This document shows positions 59,344-64,000 of a stretch of DNA of 64,000 nucleotides, piece after piece. Below the pieces are notes generated by a model. It had not been told where the DNA came from and searched no databases. It saw nothing but the letters and a program-made list of their open reading frames with translations. The stretch is from a virus, in the IMG/VR virus record IMGVR_UViG_3300045988_145476, one strand, 5' to 3'. A program made the position numbers and the translations under genes. Each line of letters starts with the position of its first letter. Position 1 is the first letter of the stretch.

Positions 59344-59768
59344 TGGAAGCAGAATTTGCAAAACTGACCGATGAAATGGAAGGCGATTACGTAAAATGCG
59401 TAATGCGTACGGGAGAAGCCATCTATGCTCCTATGATTAATATAGGAACAGCTTCTTTTATGCCCTCTAAAAAATGGCTTACTGCCAACAAGGATAATTT
59501 TATCGCTCTTATAACGTATGAAAGGAACTACTATTCAAACCCGCTTATTATCGGATTTTATCCAGTAAAAGGTGCTAAGATGGATTCTTTCAATACGTTG
59601 TACATGATTGAGGAACTCCTCTTTAAACTGGTTGAACAATTGGGTAAGGCTAAAATCAATACGCAACTCGGCCCCCAACAATTTATGCCGGATACACTTG
59701 TCGTACTGGACGAAATCAAGCAGTCCCTTACTGACACTATGAGTAACGTTTTAAAATTGGAAAAATAG
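59343..59768 (+). CDS. baseplate spike/assembly-position protein
   Basis: The ATG at 59343 overlaps the upstream stop (TAATG). 141 aa. The call is based on position only. Confidence 0.4.
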   Translation: MEAEFAKLTDEMEGDYVKCVMRTGEAIYAPMINIGTASFMPSKKWLTANKDNFIALITYERNYYSNPLIIGFYPVKGAKMDSFNTLYMIEELLFKLVEQLGKAKINTQLGPQQFMPDTLVVLDEIKQSLTDTMSNVLKLEK

Positions 59769-59769
59769 T

Positions 59770-60336
59770 ATGGAAACAAGAGCTGTTGAAGAAGATGTTG
59801 ACAAGGCTGCAAAAGAAGCCCTTGCAAATTTACGTGGTAGCATCAGTGTTCCCGGACTTGACCCAAGTTCCGTTGTAGATAAGTACTGTGAGGTCGAGTT
59901 CAAAGAGTCCCTCGATAATGCGACCACTCCCGAAAAACGTGAGGAAATGAAAAAGAAGTTTGTGGACTACTACATAGTAGGGCCGGGTAAAGCGTTTATT
60001 GACGAATGTATCTCTCAGATACAGTTTTACTATAAACAGGCTAAAGAGGGGTTGGAATCTCTGCAAACAAGTGTAGCCAAAGTTACGGCTTCCAATGCTA
60101 TCCCGTCTGTACTTACTACGGGTTCCGCTACTTCTACGGCCAATCCCGCATGGACAGTTATAGAGAACTCCCAGAAGAAGAACTCCCTTGCTTCAATCAT
60201 AAAGTCGGTAACGGATTTTCTTTCTGGTGTTCTCAGGTATTGCATACTTCTTCATTTTGAGGTTCCCTCTCCTATTATGGCTACTATTACGTTACTTGGA
60301 ACAGTCAGTGGTCTTATAGATGCGATTCCCGGATAA
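59770..60336 (+). CDS. hypothetical baseplate-module protein
   Basis: 188-aa ATG ORF. Confidence 0.45.
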   Translation: METRAVEEDVDKAAKEALANLRGSISVPGLDPSSVVDKYCEVEFKESLDNATTPEKREEMKKKFVDYYIVGPGKAFIDECISQIQFYYKQAKEGLESLQTSVAKVTASNAIPSVLTTGSATSTANPAWTVIENSQKKNSLASIIKSVTDFLSGVLRYCILLHFEVPSPIMATITLLGTVSGLIDAIPG

Positions 60337-60347
60337 CGGAACATTTA

Positions 60348-60379
60348 TTTGCTTAATCGGGTTATTATTTTTATTTTTG
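60348..60379 (+). promoter_or_regulatory. consensus Bacteroides-type promoter (TTTG-N20-TAttTTTG)
   Basis: TTTG at 60348-60351 and TATTTTTG at 60372-60379, upstream of the ATG at 60402. Confidence 0.5.
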
Positions 60380-60401
60380 AACGGTTTTAAGTTTATGTGA
60401 T

Positions 60402-60767
60402 ATGGGAAAAGGATTGCCATGCAGATTTTTTCTACAAGACGGAAGATTTCAACTTGCGAGTGGAACACAAAAAGCCAAAGACGCAATATGGTTCTATTGT
60501 ATCTTTGATAAATTCCGCATTTATACATCGGATTTCGGTGCGAATTTTCATACACTTGTGCAGAGGTCGGTGGCTTTCCTTTTTGCCAACCGTAATTTGA
60601 TACTAGGAAATCTCCGTAGAGGGATAACCAAATATGTGGAAGACGTTTCCATTAAGGATTTGGACATCGGTTATGTGGATAACGACCGTACCCACATGCT
60701 TCTTAGGGTGGAGTACACTTCCGTAGAGGAAAACAAGACCACAATCAATGATGTTACTTTTGTATAA
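60402..60767 (+). CDS. gp25/GpW-like baseplate wedge protein
   Basis: 121 aa. Size, position before the J-like gene and the pattern 'KDAIWFYCIFDKFRIYTSDFGANFHTLV...' are compatible with the GPW/gp25 family. Confidence 0.45.
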   Translation: MGKGLPCRFFLQDGRFQLASGTQKAKDAIWFYCIFDKFRIYTSDFGANFHTLVQRSVAFLFANRNLILGNLRRGITKYVEDVSIKDLDIGYVDNDRTHMLLRVEYTSVEENKTTINDVTFV

Positions 60768-60783
60768 CTTATAATTTACGGAT

Positions 60784-62289
60784 ATGGCTCAAACTAAAGA
60801 ACAACTTCTTCAATACTTTGCCGGACTTGACCTTTCCTTGTTGCAAAAACTGGAGAAATATTCAAAGCTGCTGATTATCCCCGATGAAGACTTGCTTACC
60901 TACGCCACTATGGTACAGATGGTAGAGAAAGCCCATTCTGTTGCGGATTCCCTTTTCCCCGAATGGACTGACAGGAGTAAATCTGATTTCGGAGAATTTT
61001 TGGTGGAGCTTATTGCGCTTTTCTCCGAAAAGGACTTTTGGTATTTGAACGCTTTCGCAAATGAAGGCATTCTCCGTAAGATGCGTTCTTACAGTAACGC
61101 TTTTTCAAAGGCTTCCTCTCTCGGATACTTTCCTACGGTGTGCGCTTCTGCCAAAGCCACGTTCAATATAACGTTCTCCGCTGGAGAGGCTTCCACTTAT
61201 AAACAAGGAGACTTGGTTATTGACGTTGACGGTAAGAAATTTACCAACGTAGAGGATATTTCCCTTGAGACTTCCTCTGCCGAAGTCACGCTTCCTATTG
61301 AGCTTCACGAAGGAAATTATTTTGCGGAAGATATTACCTATAACGGGTACTCGGTTATTATCCGTAAGGAAAATATTGACATTGACAGCATTAGGCTTAT
61401 CATTGACAATATCATTTATACCAGAGTTCGGACATTCGGAGAGTCTGATGCCGGCAGTACGCACTATATGGTTCTTCCAGATGAAGACGGTTCTGTGAAC
61501 ATATTCTTCGGCTCAGAGGGATATGGTATTTCTCCGTCTATCGGTAAAGGTATCCGTGTTGAATATCTAAAATGTAACGGTTCTGACGGAAATATTACTT
61601 CCCGTGAGGCTACTGTTACAGACTCTCTTGCTTCCCGTGAGGCTACTGCCGTTACCATGCTTACAGATGCAACCGGCGGTACTTATGCGGAAACTCTTAC
61701 TTCCATTAAGAACCGTACTTCATTGATATTCGCTACGAAAAATGCAGCTATCAATGAACAGGTTTCTACGGACATTCTGAACAGCTTCAATTTTGTGTAC
61801 CAGTCACGTGTGGAAGTTGTGGGTCGAAACGTAAACTATTCCGTAATAGTGAATACCGGAACTCCGGAACCTACCGAAGAACAGAAACAATATTTGGTGG
61901 ATAATTTCACTCCCTACCTTTTGGTGGGTTATGTTGGTGTTTATACTCCGAATAACTATGTGGATGCTCTTGAATATCTCGGCGCTGACAGCATGGTAGT
62001 AAAAGTTATCATTCTTTCCGGATATAACGCTAAGAGTATAAAGGCTTCCGTTGTCAGCTTGGTACAAGATTACACCAATCCGTTGGTGAAAGCTACTTAT
62101 GGCGGTTCTTTCCTAAAGACTGAACTGGATGTGCTGATACGTTCCTCTGTACAAGGAGTGCAGAACTGTACTTTCTTCGTAAAGAAAGGGGAAAGTGAAG
62201 AACTTATGTCTGATATTACGCTTTCTGCGGGGGATATATTCTCTACATTGAGCGCAGACAAAATAACCGTTACTACAAATGTCCTATAA
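60784..62289 (+). CDS. baseplate J-like protein
   Basis: 501 aa, directly after the gp25-like gene, which is the canonical W-J-I order. Confidence 0.55.
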   Translation: MAQTKEQLLQYFAGLDLSLLQKLEKYSKLLIIPDEDLLTYATMVQMVEKAHSVADSLFPEWTDRSKSDFGEFLVELIALFSEKDFWYLNAFANEGILRKMRSYSNAFSKASSLGYFPTVCASAKATFNITFSAGEASTYKQGDLVIDVDGKKFTNVEDISLETSSAEVTLPIELHEGNYFAEDITYNGYSVIIRKENIDIDSIRLIIDNIIYTRVRTFGESDAGSTHYMVLPDEDGSVNIFFGSEGYGISPSIGKGIRVEYLKCNGSDGNITSREATVTDSLASREATAVTMLTDATGGTYAETLTSIKNRTSLIFATKNAAINEQVSTDILNSFNFVYQSRVEVVGRNVNYSVIVNTGTPEPTEEQKQYLVDNFTPYLLVGYVGVYTPNNYVDALEYLGADSMVVKVIILSGYNAKSIKASVVSLVQDYTNPLVKATYGGSFLKTELDVLIRSSVQGVQNCTFFVKKGESEELMSDITLSAGDIFSTLSADKITVTTNVL

Positions 62290-62935
62290 AGATTCTACTC
62301 CCGAAATAGTACTGGAGCAAAATGTAAACGCTTCCAGATTTTTGGATGTTCTTGATGCGGTACAGGAGTATAAGACCGAAAACATCTCTAATGCGTTACG
62401 TACATTCAACGGAGCCGTTTCCATGAACAGGAAATGGCTTATCAAGTATATTGCGGAGTACGGTCTTACGGATATTCCCTATGATTATCCGATACAGATT
62501 CTTACTCAGACTCTTTTGAACATAGATTCCCTTTTCCGTATGCGGGGAAGTATTGCCGGCCTTGAATTTATGCTAAGTCTTTTTTCTCTTGGGGACGTAC
62601 TGGTTGATGCCGGCGGTTTCTATGCCAAGCCCGGAGTTCTTCTTTTGGACGACCTCATACAAGGACACCTTACCGGCGATAATGATACCGATTTCTACTG
62701 TTTGATAGATGATAATGCATCCCTTAATGAGGATATGACGTTAATCATAAAGGTTAAAAGTAAATTTTTCAGCGATGCCTATCCCGTTGAAACTCAAGAC
62801 CTTATAAAAGATTATATCCAAAAAAAGACTCCCGAATTTTTAGGTTTCTCTCCAAGTAAGCAGATAACCTATACATTCGAGCCGTATGATAGATTTGTGT
62901 ACTCAAAATATCTGAATCCGTATTTTCACCCTTAA
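62279..62935 (+). CDS. baseplate protein (P2 gpI position)
   Basis: 218 aa. It overlaps the end of the J-like gene by 11 nt. Confidence 0.4.
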   Translation: MSYKDSTPEIVLEQNVNASRFLDVLDAVQEYKTENISNALRTFNGAVSMNRKWLIKYIAEYGLTDIPYDYPIQILTQTLLNIDSLFRMRGSIAGLEFMLSLFSLGDVLVDAGGFYAKPGVLLLDDLIQGHLTGDNDTDFYCLIDDNASLNEDMTLIIKVKSKFFSDAYPVETQDLIKDYIQKKTPEFLGFSPSKQITYTFEPYDRFVYSKYLNPYFHP

Positions 62936-62948
62936 AAAATTAAAGACC

Positions 62949-64000
62949 ATGAGTGCTATTATAGATAAAGTTTATGACGCTACCAAGCGTATATACAAGA
63001 GTGTTTTCAAAGGTGCTCCCAACCTTATCACCACAGCCGACTTGAACCGCCAGATGTCTGCGTTCCAAGCCCAGCTTGAAAATCTCTACCGTTTTGTCGG
63101 CCCTATTACCGACTTATCATTTACATTTGAACAGGATAATGAGACTCCGTCTTTCTCCGCTTCCTATACTCTTTCCAAGATGGTTGCACGAGGTTGCGAC
63201 TTTACCAACCTTTTACCAGCAAGCGGTACATTATCCGGCGATTTACCCGTTACGGCTAATGAACGGTTATGGGTGTTACTTATCGCTACCCAGAAACTTG
63301 TTACTTATGCTGACGACCCCTCTCACGATATTGCAGGAGCGAAATTTTCGGACGGTACTACCTATCCTGCTGCCGACCAGATTGTCTATGAAACAGCTTC
63401 TTTAGTAACTTCCCCAGATAACTACGATTCTGTTGAGAATGTGGTTGAGGCTCTCGGTTACTTTTATCGTGACAGCTCTACACCTCAGATGGTAAAGTTC
63501 ATGCCTAACTTTGTGCCTTTGAAGACTTTATATACGGGCCACATGTTTCCGGCATCTCCCCAAATGACGTTACCTCAGGCTATTGCCGCAAATACGCTTA
63601 CTGACGGAAGCATTCCCTCAGCTCTTAATGTTGGCATGGGTTCTACATTTAATGTAGCTCTCAAGAAGTTCTATGATAAATATGCTTCATACACTACGGA
63701 TACCACTTCGGATATTACCAAAATTAAAAACTCCTTAAGACTATCCTATAATAAGGCAGTTAGTTCATACGAGATTAAACAATTAGGTTCTGAGACAGGT
63801 ATTATGCAACAATATGTAGTTATGGCTACTTTTAATTACGACCAATTTGATTTTGGTATTGAGGGTAATAGACCTGAACGAGGAACTTTTTTCTTAGTGA
63901 ACGCTCATAGGTTTCAGGGAGACGCTGATTACAAAGGGTATTTTGACTTTCCGGCATTTTTTATACCTCCTTCCGAATATTCTGATGAAGACCCACAAAT
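62949..64000 (+). CDS. tail fibre / baseplate-distal structural protein, 3' end outside the window
   Basis: It is absent from the ORF track because no stop occurs. My translation from the ATG at 62949 (MSAIIDKVYDATKRIYKSVFKGAPNLITTADLNRQ...) stays open to nt 64000. Confidence 0.6.
   Translation, partial: MSAIIDKVYDATKRIYKSVFKGAPNLITTADLNRQMSAFQAQLENLYRFVGPITDLSFTFEQDNETPSFSASYTLSKMVARGCDFTNLLPASGTLSGDLPVTANERLWVLLIATQKLVTYADDPSHDIAGAKFSDGTTYPAADQIVYETASLVTSPDNYDSVENVVEALGYFYRDSSTPQMVKFMPNFVPLKTLYTGHMFPASPQMTLPQAIAANTLTDGSIPSALNVGMGSTFNVALKKFYDKYASYTTDTTSDITKIKNSLRLSYNKAVSSYEIKQLGSETGIMQQYVVMATFNYDQFDFGIEGNRPERGTFFLVNAHRFQGDADYKGYFDFPAFFIPPSEYSDEDPQ

Noticed and set aside
1-64000. Stop-codon reassignment (TAG or TGA recoding), as seen in some gut phages.
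   Set aside because: Recognisable genes (queE, folE, terL, portal, sheath, tape measure, amidase) are all intact under the standard code and end at sensible positions.

Overview
This window looks like a 64-kb slice of a tailed dsDNA phage with a contractile (myovirus-type) tail. The host is probably a member of the Bacteroidota. Eight promoters show the Bacteroides-type architecture TTTG-N19/20-TAnnTTTG, and most genes lack a Shine-Dalgarno sequence. I call about 120 CDS. They are tightly packed, often with ATGA/TAATG overlaps, and all but one lie on the + strand.

Layout:
- **1-3.2 kb:** start of a 7-deazaguanine DNA-modification set (dpdA-like, queE). Its other members are scattered: folE at 20.4 kb and queD at 36.9 kb. 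No queC is visible.
- **3.3-26.2 kb:** accessory and early genes.
  - The only minus-strand gene, a LuxR-type HTH.
  - GNAT, DUF551-like, Tad2/DUF2829-like fusion, YopX, ECF sigma factor.
  - An AT-rich accessory fibre cassette (LamG-like and fibre proteins) followed by two small paralogues carrying G5 and G10 homopolymers.
  - MazG, DUF3268, and a Dps unit with its own promoter and terminator.
- **26.2-28.3 kb:** a 2-kb ORF-free gap packed with several repeat families.
- **28.2-30.8 kb:** a GC-richer six-gene cassette encoding a type IB topoisomerase, bracketed by two identical 36-bp promoter repeats.
- **30.8-36.6 kb:** unknown genes, plus a tandem trio of Lys-rich proteins.
- **36.7-64 kb:** late module. 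It contains KTSC, queD, terL split by a LAGLIDADG intein, portal, scaffold, major capsid protein, a free-standing HNH endonuclease, head-completion genes, an embedded lysis cassette, sheath, tube, tape measure, baseplate, and a fibre-like gene running off the window.

I found no tRNA, rRNA, CRISPR array, integrase or reverse transcriptase.

All functional calls come from motifs read by eye. No searches were run.
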